Positions 20,094 to 28,419 of a stretch of DNA of 64,000 bases are shown in pieces (the stretch's first letter is position 1; each line of letters begins with the position of its first letter). Under the pieces are notes generated by a model. That model was not told where the DNA came from. It did no database searches and saw only the letters and a list, made by a program, of their open reading frames with translations. The stretch comes from an uncultured Gemmatimonadota bacterium. Its GTDB lineage: Bacteria > JAAXHH01. The DNA lies in NCBI GenBank assembly GCA_951812955.1, contig OX638340.1:832001-896000 (forward strand). Direction: 5' to 3'. The position numbers and the translations under genes are program-made.

Positions 20094-20972
20094 CTACCGC
20101 TCCTGTGACTTGAATTCGTTCCAGTAGTCACGGACCGTCGCTTCCACGCTCTCTGGATATTCGAACGACAATTGTACGGCCAGCGTGCGCCCCACGCGCG
20201 AAACCTCGTCCCGATGCAGTTCAATCGATTCCATCAGCTCCAACCGCGTACGCCCTGGCACTCCCAGGATATCCAACGGGCTATCGTAAAACCTCAATAT
20301 CGATCGGACCTGGGGCGTTAAGGAATGAATGCTTGGCCGCAATGCCCCTGTATCCTGCCCTATGGCATGAATCGTCCACAGACGCATGATTATCGTACGT
20401 TCGTTCTGCAATCCCAGGACAACCATGGGGTCCAGTCCGCGATAGAGAATCTTGCAATGTTTGTTACTCCGAAGCCAGAAATCTATGATCACCTGTCGTA
20501 CCTGCGCAGGATCGGGATCTATAAACGGCGATTCGGGTGATGCGTGTACCGGCTCCGTGAGCGATCTGGCAAGCGCCGGATCCCGACATCCCAGGACAAC
20601 GCAGGCTTCGCCGGGGGAAACCCCTTGAACCTCCTGTATACCAAGGTCGTACATGTCGCCGGTGTCCAGCAGAAGATGAAGCAGCATACTTTCCTCGTTC
20701 TGGAATAGTTGTTGGTGTGCGACACATCTGCCCTCGAAAAGTGCCGTCAAATCGGGCGTTTCCCATTCCTTGAGCCGCGTGGCGGGAACCGCCAGTCGCA
20801 GATCCACGTCGCTATACAGATCCGCGTCGCTATACAGATCCGCGTTTCCCTGTCCGAAACTTCCTTCAACCCAGATCGCCCGTACCTCTTCGTTGCGCCA
20901 CAGGTTCGATGCGATTCGCTTCAGTGTCTTAGTCTGAGGTAGATCGGGGAGGGATGAAAAATCCAGCTCCAT
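20094..20972 (-). CDS. Nucleotidyltransferase-fold protein, ANT(6)/streptomycin-adenylyltransferase-like
   Basis: NTase motif VEGSFGQGNADLYSDADL (GS...D.D). Start at MELDF, preceded by AGGAG. Contains an in-frame 18-bp tandem duplication. Confidence 0.45.
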   Translation of the reverse strand: MELDFSSLPDLPQTKTLKRIASNLWRNEEVRAIWVEGSFGQGNADLYSDADLYSDVDLRLAVPATRLKEWETPDLTALFEGRCVAHQQLFQNEESMLLHLLLDTGDMYDLGIQEVQGVSPGEACVVLGCRDPALARSLTEPVHASPESPFIDPDPAQVRQVIIDFWLRSNKHCKILYRGLDPMVVLGLQNERTIIMRLWTIHAIGQDTGALRPSIHSLTPQVRSILRFYDSPLDILGVPGRTRLELMESIELHRDEVSRVGRTLAVQLSFEYPESVEATVRDYWNEFKSQER

Positions 20973-21145
20973 GATAGACTCCTGTTTTGGATTTCGACTC
21001 AGGATATAAACCGCGCGGAACACATCCGTGTATTTGGGCTAAATGAAAATTCGAGTGTCATTCCCAAAAATGAATTGATTTTAGTCTCTACTGTAATCCT
21101 ATTGGAGCCAGTATACAAACACGATGAAACAAGCTGAGAACAAGC

Positions 21146-22372
21146 ATGATGAACGCCACCATCAGACAATTGCCCGATCAGCCGAATCTGCGACTACTCG
21201 AAAACGAGGCATCTGAACTGCTCGAGAATGGCTCCTGCACTACACAGGCCGAGGCACGTTTCAAACTAGCGCACCTGTACGGTTTTAAGAGTTGGCCGAA
21301 ACTGGAAGCCTACGTATCATCCATCGGATCCATGGGAGAACTCGAACAGGCAATCCAGGACGACGACGTCGATAGAGTGAAGCGGATATTGGACGAGGAC
21401 CCGGGGCTGATTCACCGTGAAGGGCACTGGGTCAAACGCCGCAGGCACAACGGCTACCTGCCGCTCGCATACGCTGCGTTTTTCGGTAAGGTAAACGTGC
21501 TGGCGGCACTGGTCGAGGCCGGTTCGAATGTACGCGCTGGGGAGGACAAGGCGTTACGAGCCGCGGCGTGTTTCGACAAAAACCTCCCCGCGGTCGAATT
21601 ACTGATCCGCCATGGAGCAGACCCAAACGCATCGACTACATCGCCTTCCGGTGTCCCGTACCGGGTGATCGATTATCCATGCATGACGTTGGCGCCCAAG
21701 ATGTTAGCCCACCTGGTTGAGAAGGGCGGTATTTTGAAGCCGGCCAATGCCGGGATGGTACTCGCGACGAATGAACGCAGACCCCGGGAGAAAGCCGCCT
21801 GCCTTCGCGTGATGGAACATGCGGGTATCCCGTTTCCGGATTCCCCTCCGATGGCCCTTCATCTCAGGGACTCGAACCGTCTGGAATCGCATCTGCTCAG
21901 GGATCCCGGATTGCTCTCGAGGTCGTTCAGCGAAGAAGACATCTTCCCAACGGGTTTCGAAATCAAGCGTCCTACGCCCTACGCTTACGCAACACCGCTG
22001 ACCGGTGGGGTCTCCCTGCTTCACATGGCTGTCGAGTTGTGTGACGTGGAACTGGCGCGGTGGCTCATCGAGCATGGCGCCGACGTTAATGCCGCCGCGG
22101 GGACAGACGACGAGGGATACGGCGGATGGACGCCCCTGTTCCACGCCATGGTCACGCTGCGCGTCCCACGTGGTTTTGCCGAAATCGTCGATCTGCTCCT
22201 GGATCATGGCGCCGACCCGGAAGTGCGAGCGTCCCTGCGTAAACCGACTCCAGAGGGTGGAGAAGCCACCTGGCGCGACGTTACGGCGGCCGATTACGCC
22301 CGAAGATTCATCTACACGGATTTAGTCAATCACGACGCGCTGCAGCGGGTCATGGTGGCCGGTGCGAAATAG
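21146..22372 (+). CDS. Ankyrin-repeat protein with a distinct N-terminal module
   Basis: ANK repeats (GVSLLHMAVELCDVELARWLIEHGADVNA). The N-terminus carries AHLYGFKSWPKLEAYV. Confidence 0.8.
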   Translation: MMNATIRQLPDQPNLRLLENEASELLENGSCTTQAEARFKLAHLYGFKSWPKLEAYVSSIGSMGELEQAIQDDDVDRVKRILDEDPGLIHREGHWVKRRRHNGYLPLAYAAFFGKVNVLAALVEAGSNVRAGEDKALRAAACFDKNLPAVELLIRHGADPNASTTSPSGVPYRVIDYPCMTLAPKMLAHLVEKGGILKPANAGMVLATNERRPREKAACLRVMEHAGIPFPDSPPMALHLRDSNRLESHLLRDPGLLSRSFSEEDIFPTGFEIKRPTPYAYATPLTGGVSLLHMAVELCDVELARWLIEHGADVNAAAGTDDEGYGGWTPLFHAMVTLRVPRGFAEIVDLLLDHGADPEVRASLRKPTPEGGEATWRDVTAADYARRFIYTDLVNHDALQRVMVAGAK

Positions 22373-22400
22373 GGCGGGAAGCGGCGTTTGAAACATACGC

Positions 22401-24284
22401 ATGGACCCCGCCATGACTCCGAAAACGCCTTCTACCAGTCTACAGGTTGGTACCGTGTCCGATCACGATTATGCCCCCTCGAAGAACTGGCCCTACCCGG
22501 TCACAAAGTCACAAATCATGGACGAGGTCCGGAAACTGTCATTGGCCATCCAGGACGGTCGTGCCGAAGCCATGGCAGAAAAAAACAGGTATGGAAGTTC
22601 AGCTGATCCGTCATCGTTCTCCCCGGACGACGCACGGAACGTACTCGCCCTAAGTTACGGATTCCCGGGCTGGACACAGGTAGAACGGTACTTCGATACG
22701 GTAGACAGGTATTCGCGCGACCCTAACATGGAACCCACGCCAACCAATTCGGATGACGCGTCTTCGCTCGCCGATGTTTTCCTTCGTCTTGCCTGCCTGA
22801 CGCAGGGCGTCCAGGACCACCCGTCTCGGTGGGCAAGGGCCAGGGCCTTGCTCGATGACCATCCGAAACTATCCCGGTTGAATATCTACACCGCTTCGGT
22901 CGCCGGCGACGTTTCAGCCGTGGGCGAATACCTGGAAGCGGATTCTGAACTGGCTACGACGCCTGGCGGCCCCCATGACTGGGAGCCCCTGCTATACCTG
23001 GCGTATTCCCGTCTGGACCGCGAGACCTCGGGGCATTCCGCCGTCGAAATCACCCGGTTGCTCCTCTCCCATGGCGCCGACCCGAACGCGGGCTACCTCT
23101 GGGCGGGTTTCCCCTGCCCTTACACCGTACTGACCGGAGTCTTCGGCGAGGGTGAGAACGGTCCGGTCAGGTGTCCTCCACACCCTAACTGCTGCAAACT
23201 GGCGGAAATCCTGTTGGAGGCCGGGGCCGATCCCAACGACGCCCAGACACTATACAACAGGATGTTCAGCCGCGACGACGAACACCTTCGGTTCCTGTTC
23301 ACGCACGGCCTGGGGAAGGACCGGGACCGGCCCTGGCACCGGTTGTTGGGCGAACAATCCCGCGGCTGGGTGAGCAGTCCCGCGAGCATACTGGCCTACC
23401 AGCTTCAGTGGGCAGCCCGATGGAACTACCTGGATCGCGTCAAGTTACTGGTCGAAAACGGCGCCGACGTAAACAGGCCCTCCAACCGGCCCGATGCGCG
23501 ATCACCTTACCGCGAGGCCGTGTTCCACGGAAACGAGTCCATCGCCGAATACCTGGCAATCTGCGGCGCGGAGACGTTTGTGCTGGACGACCTGGACCGT
23601 TTCGCCGGCGCGTGCATCAGTGGAGACCTGGGTCGTGCCCGCGCGATGCTCGCACGCGATCCGTCACTCGTTGAAAAACTTGGAGAACGCGGGAACACGC
23701 TCATGGAGAACGCCGTTGGGTCGGACAACCGGGACGCGGTCCGGCTGATGTTCGAACTGGGCTTCGACTTGAAGAAATCCGGTATGCAAGAAGCGGCCCG
23801 TTATGGCCACCTGGACATGATCAAACTGCTGGTCGAGCTTGGGACTGATGTTTCCCAAACGGACGCGGGCCACGAGATCTGTGCCCTGGGCTATGCCAGC
23901 CATTACCAGCAAAATAACGTGATCGACTACCTGGCGCAGTTCGCCGGGATACACAGAGCAGTGCAGTCGGACTTGTTGGAACGGGTCGGGGAACTGCTTG
24001 ACGAAGATCCCGGTCTCGTACACGCTCGAGATACCAGCGGCAACTCGCCGCTGCACTGTCTCGACGTGGACAACAGGATGGAAGATACGGAGGAGATACT
24101 CCGTCTGCTCGTAACGCACGGAGCCGATGTCAATGCCAGAAACAAGGAAGGCCTGACACCGCTCGACAGGCTGGAGCTTCTTTCCGGTTTCAGTCGAAGA
24201 GACGGTTTGGCGGAACTGTTGCGCGGGTACGGGGCCGTGGAGTCAGACGCCGCCGACGGGTCAAAGAACCGTCCGGAGTCGTGA
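22401..24284 (+). CDS. Ankyrin-repeat protein (627 aa) with an N-terminal module
   Basis: Many ANK repeats. The N-terminus carries ALSYGFPGWTQVERYF. Confidence 0.8.
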   Translation: MDPAMTPKTPSTSLQVGTVSDHDYAPSKNWPYPVTKSQIMDEVRKLSLAIQDGRAEAMAEKNRYGSSADPSSFSPDDARNVLALSYGFPGWTQVERYFDTVDRYSRDPNMEPTPTNSDDASSLADVFLRLACLTQGVQDHPSRWARARALLDDHPKLSRLNIYTASVAGDVSAVGEYLEADSELATTPGGPHDWEPLLYLAYSRLDRETSGHSAVEITRLLLSHGADPNAGYLWAGFPCPYTVLTGVFGEGENGPVRCPPHPNCCKLAEILLEAGADPNDAQTLYNRMFSRDDEHLRFLFTHGLGKDRDRPWHRLLGEQSRGWVSSPASILAYQLQWAARWNYLDRVKLLVENGADVNRPSNRPDARSPYREAVFHGNESIAEYLAICGAETFVLDDLDRFAGACISGDLGRARAMLARDPSLVEKLGERGNTLMENAVGSDNRDAVRLMFELGFDLKKSGMQEAARYGHLDMIKLLVELGTDVSQTDAGHEICALGYASHYQQNNVIDYLAQFAGIHRAVQSDLLERVGELLDEDPGLVHARDTSGNSPLHCLDVDNRMEDTEEILRLLVTHGADVNARNKEGLTPLDRLELLSGFSRRDGLAELLRGYGAVESDAADGSKNRPES

Positions 24285-24307
24285 GCCGGCACCCGCCGCC
24301 GCGTGGA

Positions 24308-24634
24308 TCACTTTCCCCATTTCGAAACGACCAGCCCCGCTAGCAGTCCGACGACGATCCCCGGCCCTACGATCTCCGCGTAGGATCCCGTGGGGACGGC
24401 CGCCAGCAGAGAAAGCGCCGCGCCGATCGCACCGCCGGCCATCACGTTCTTGCCGACCCCCTCGACCCTGCACGCGATAACGCCGACCAGCAGCCCGGTG
24501 ACCAGCCCCTTCACCGTTCCCGCTACGATGATCATGGTCATCATACCCTGGGCTTCAGGAACCAGAAACGCGGACAACCCGTCAAGCAGGCCGAGCGCGG
24601 CGCCGGCGATCAATCCCAATGGTACGCGATTCAT
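24308..24634 (-). CDS. Small Gly/Ala-rich membrane protein
   Basis: Three TM helices with GxxxG-like packing. Overlaps the upstream VOC gene by 4 bp (operon). Confidence 0.4.
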   Translation of the reverse strand: MNRVPLGLIAGAALGLLDGLSAFLVPEAQGMMTMIIVAGTVKGLVTGLLVGVIACRVEGVGKNVMAGGAIGAALSLLAAVPTGSYAEIVGPGIVVGLLAGLVVSKWGK

Positions 24635-25056
24635 GATGGCTGGTCCGGTGTATTCAGGTGGCAGTTGAACATCCAGTTTATACCGAATTTGTCCGTAATC
24701 ATCCCAAAACGAGAGCCCCAGAACGTATCCTGCAGCGGCATGGTCACCTCGCCGCCGGCCGACATGGCATCGAACACCTGCTCCAGTTCATCCACGCCCG
24801 CGAAGTCGATCGACAACGAGATGTTGGTATCCTCAGAGACCGTATCAATGTGGTCGGAACCCATGATCGCGTTGTCACCGAACCTGATGGACATGTGCAT
24901 GGCCTTGCCCACCATGTGGTCGGGGATTTCCATGCCGATGTCCTGGTCCTTGCTGTAGTAACTGATGTTCTCGACGGTACCGCCCAGACATTCCCGGTAA
25001 AATCCGAGCGCTTCCTCACATTGGCCGTTGAACGCCAGGTAGGGAACCAGCTTCAT
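24631..25056 (-). CDS. VOC-family protein (PhnB/YjdN-like glyoxalase fold)
   Basis: The N-terminus MKLVPYLAFNGQCEEALGFYRECLGG is characteristic of PhnB-like VOC proteins. Confidence 0.65.
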   Translation of the reverse strand: MKLVPYLAFNGQCEEALGFYRECLGGTVENISYYSKDQDIGMEIPDHMVGKAMHMSIRFGDNAIMGSDHIDTVSEDTNISLSIDFAGVDELEQVFDAMSAGGEVTMPLQDTFWGSRFGMITDKFGINWMFNCHLNTPDQPS

Positions 25057-25177
25057 GATACGACCTCCTCGATTTGCTCGTTACCGGATCGGTAACGAAT
25101 CTGCTCACTATGAACTGCAATCATACCCCAAGATACAATACAGCAGGGTTGAAAATTGTAAAAAAGCGACAACCACC

Positions 25178-26020
25178 TTACATGTCCGCGAATTTCACGT
25201 TGTTTTTGGCAAAGAAAGCCTTCGGCGTGAACCCGGAAAACGCCGTGAACTCCCTGATAAAATGAGCCTGGTCGAAATACCCGCATTCGTAGGCCAGTTG
25301 CGTCAGCGTCTTTCCCCGATACCCATCCAGATGATGGCAGATATTCAGGAACCTGCTGGTGCGGGCGAAGGTCTTCGGCGTCGTGCCGACCGTAGCCGCA
25401 AACTTCCTTTCCAATTGCTTTTTTGAAAGACCGACGCGCTGACCGACTTCTTCGATGGATAACTGCCCTCCGGCGGATCGAATGAGCTTTACCGCTTTAT
25501 CGAGGGCGGAATCGTTCGTGCGATACTCCGTCAGACGATCCAGCAGGAACTGTTGCACGACTTGGGCGAAATCCGTACCGCCCGCGGCCTTGCAGAGTTT
25601 CTCCATCAAGTCCTTATGATACGACGACCAGAGTGTCTCGGTGTCTACCGCATCGTCCAGAAAACTGCTGACCGGTTTGTCGAAAAAGTGATAGGCGCCC
25701 CACGGAAAGAAGCGTACCGAGACGAAGCCGGTCCGGCCGTTGGACTCGATTTCTATGCACCTGCGCATCTGGGAAATAGCGAAACTCTTCGGCTGGATCC
25801 TAAATTCCCTGCCCGCTACAGTTGTTATCCAGGGATCGCCGTAGTGAAAGACGACCTCCACGATACCGTCTGGTACGATGAGAGACTTTGGCGCGTGGTC
25901 ATCCTCGTGCTCGGATTCCATCATCCACACGAGCTGGACATAGGGAGCCAGGCCGGCGTGCGTTTTAAATTCGCGATATATCATGACGTGTACGAATTCT
26001 CCCGGTTTCGTGACCGTCAT
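25178..26020 (-). CDS. AraC-family transcriptional regulator
   Basis: C-terminal double HTH (...LSIEEVGQRVGLSKKQLERKF...LTQLAYECGYFDQAHFIREF...). Confidence 0.85.
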   Translation of the reverse strand: MTVTKPGEFVHVMIYREFKTHAGLAPYVQLVWMMESEHEDDHAPKSLIVPDGIVEVVFHYGDPWITTVAGREFRIQPKSFAISQMRRCIEIESNGRTGFVSVRFFPWGAYHFFDKPVSSFLDDAVDTETLWSSYHKDLMEKLCKAAGGTDFAQVVQQFLLDRLTEYRTNDSALDKAVKLIRSAGGQLSIEEVGQRVGLSKKQLERKFAATVGTTPKTFARTSRFLNICHHLDGYRGKTLTQLAYECGYFDQAHFIREFTAFSGFTPKAFFAKNNVKFADM

Positions 26021-26353
26021 TCGGTGTCATGCGCGACTCGCCGGGCCGGCGATGCCCGGAATGACGGATTAAGTAACCGGCAAAAAGCGACCGCGTCAAG
26101 CCAGAGCGTGTGCTCTACAGGTACAAGCCGGACTGAAGAAGCCTGACCGTCGTTCCGCCGACCGCTTTCTCTTGACGCATCCCTGGAGCGCCTGTATTTT
26201 GCCGATATCGGCGTGTGCAGGACGCCGCCCGTCCGCGGAAAGAACATAAGTTCACCTGTGTCGGTTCCCAATCTATCGTGGCAACCTTCTTCCTGCCCGT
26301 CCGGCGGACGCACGGGTGCTTCGGCGGTCTCATGATCGCTTGAAGGAGGTTCC

Positions 26354-27874
26354 ATGCCGTCCCTGCCTTCACAACCCGATATACGCCATCTCAGTCTGCA
26401 GGCGAAAACGCTTCTGAAGTCCGCGCGCAGCGGCGAAGAGCATGCCGTAGACAGAATCCGCTCGGCCATCGGAGTGCGACGCGAACGCCTCGTGCTGTCG
26501 GACGCCTACCATGCCATCGCCAGGGAATACGGGTTCAGGTCCTGGCCCCATCTCAAGATACACATCGAAATCGTCGCTAGAAACCTGGACGAACAGCGCG
26601 AGATGTTTCTGTCATCGGCATGGCTGTGGGGCGATCGGCAGAGAGCCGAGGCCCTGCTCGCTACCGCTCCGGAACTCTCCAAGGGAAACATCCATGCCGC
26701 CTGCGCCGCCGGGGACGTGGATGCCGTCGCAGGTATCCTGGAGGCCGACCCCGCTTCGGCCACGACGAAGGGCGGTCCGAGAGACTGGCCCCCGATACTC
26801 TACGCGACGTGGTCCTGCTTTCTTTCCGAACGTGCCGACGCCATGGTCCGAGTCCTGGAATTGCTGCTGCGGCACGGCGCCGACCCGGACAGCTACTGGG
26901 TGAACGAGTCGGACTGGAAAGAGTCGGCCCTTTACGGATGCGTTGAAAACAACTGCGTACCGGCGGCCAGGGTGCTGGTGGACGCGGGCGCCAACCCAAA
27001 TGACAACGAATCCCTCTACCACGCCTGTGAGAAATTCAACCTGGAACTGCTCGACACGGTCGCGGCGAACGGACTGGACGCGGAAGGCGTCTCCTATTGC
27101 ATCAAGCATGCCATGGACATGACATGGACCGAGGCCGTCATGTGGTTTCTCGACCAGGGCGCCGATCCCAACGCCATCCATCCCGCCGACCGGGAGACCT
27201 CCCTTCACTGGGCGGTAAAGAGAAACTGCACAGCAGACGTGATCAGTGCGCTCCTGGACGCCGGAGCGGACCCCAACGCACGCACGTCGACCGGGAAGAG
27301 TACGGCCCTCGGGATCGTCGGCTGGACGCCCCTCGATTTCGCCTTCCGGCTCGGTCGCGGGGAGGTCGCCGCGCTCCTACAGCGGAATAGCGCCGAACCG
27401 TCCCCCATGTCCGAATACGACCGCTTCGTAGTCGCGTGCGCCAATACGGACCTCGATATCGTGGAGCAACTGAAAGACCGTCACCTGGCCAACTTGACTG
27501 ACGACGACCGGACCCTCATCAGCCACGCGGCCCAGATGGACAACTGGGCGGCGGTCCGTCTCATGGCGGACCTGGGCTGGCCGGTAGACGCCCGGGGCTG
27601 GATGGATGCCACGCCCCTCTACTGGGCCCTGTGCAAAGGCCATGCCGAAATGGTCGATTTCCTGCTTCGGCGGGGTGTCTCCATCGAACCCATCGGCGGA
27701 TACTTCCAGGATCCGGTCCATGCCGTGATTCATTGCCAGTGGAATGGGGACAAAAGCGGGTACCCGGTCGCGCTCGGTCGACTGCTCGACCATGGCCTCG
27801 GCGTTCCGGAAGGACGCTATCCATGCGGCAATGTCGCGATGGACGAGGTGCTGTCGCGCTACGTCGAAAACTGA
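26354..27874 (+). CDS. Ankyrin-repeat protein (506 aa) with an N-terminal module
   Basis: ANK repeats (ETSLHWAVKRNCTADVISALLDAGADPNA). The N-terminus carries AIAREYGFRSWPHLKIHIE. Confidence 0.8.
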   Translation: MPSLPSQPDIRHLSLQAKTLLKSARSGEEHAVDRIRSAIGVRRERLVLSDAYHAIAREYGFRSWPHLKIHIEIVARNLDEQREMFLSSAWLWGDRQRAEALLATAPELSKGNIHAACAAGDVDAVAGILEADPASATTKGGPRDWPPILYATWSCFLSERADAMVRVLELLLRHGADPDSYWVNESDWKESALYGCVENNCVPAARVLVDAGANPNDNESLYHACEKFNLELLDTVAANGLDAEGVSYCIKHAMDMTWTEAVMWFLDQGADPNAIHPADRETSLHWAVKRNCTADVISALLDAGADPNARTSTGKSTALGIVGWTPLDFAFRLGRGEVAALLQRNSAEPSPMSEYDRFVVACANTDLDIVEQLKDRHLANLTDDDRTLISHAAQMDNWAAVRLMADLGWPVDARGWMDATPLYWALCKGHAEMVDFLLRRGVSIEPIGGYFQDPVHAVIHCQWNGDKSGYPVALGRLLDHGLGVPEGRYPCGNVAMDEVLSRYVEN

Positions 27875-28006
27875 GGCTGAATTCGGAGGAAGAGGACTGA
27901 GGCGGAGTCCGGCGGAACGCCGAACGGCCTGCTCGGTTTCCCGCTCGGAAGCATGGCTACACTATCCTGAATCATGGCTTCGATAACGGGAAAGGCCACG
28001 GCCACC

Positions 28007-28035
28007 TTGACAAACAAAGGGCGGGCCGGTATATA
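28007..28035 (+). promoter_or_regulatory. Near-consensus sigma70 promoter (TTGACA-17-TATATA) upstream of yggX
   Basis: TTGACA at 28007-28012, a 17-nt spacer, and TATATA at 28030-28035. It lies about 75 nt upstream of the yggX ATG. Confidence 0.5.
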
Positions 28036-28110
28036 GCCTGTGTTTCATCGCACCCGATGCCAACCGGCATATGATCAACCAAGATGACGCCCGTTTCGAG
28101 GAGGCACTGC

Positions 28111-28386
28111 ATGGCCCGCATGGTCCAATGCGTAAAGCTCAACAAAGAACTCGAAGGTCTCGAATTCGTACCATTCCCCAACGAGCTTGGCCAGCGCATC
28201 TACGACAACATTTCCAAAGAGGCCTGGCAGATGTGGATCCACCATTCGGTCATGGTCATCAACGAGTACCGCCTGAATCTCGCCACGACCGAAAGCCAGG
28301 AAATCTACGACCGGCACCTGGAGGAGTTCCTTTTCGGTGAAGGCGCCGAAATGCCGCCGGGATACCGCCCTCCCCAGACGAAATGA
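28111..28386 (+). CDS. yggX: Fe(2+)-trafficking / oxidative damage protection protein YggX
   Basis: MVQCVKLNKELEGLEFVPFPNELGQRIYDNISKEAWQMWIHHSVMVINEYRLNL... aligns well with E. coli YggX. GAGGAGG lies 7 nt upstream of the ATG. Confidence 0.85.
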   Translation: MARMVQCVKLNKELEGLEFVPFPNELGQRIYDNISKEAWQMWIHHSVMVINEYRLNLATTESQEIYDRHLEEFLFGEGAEMPPGYRPPQTK

Positions 28387-28419
28387 CCCACATCGCCTGC
28401 ACTGCCACATGGTTCGATC

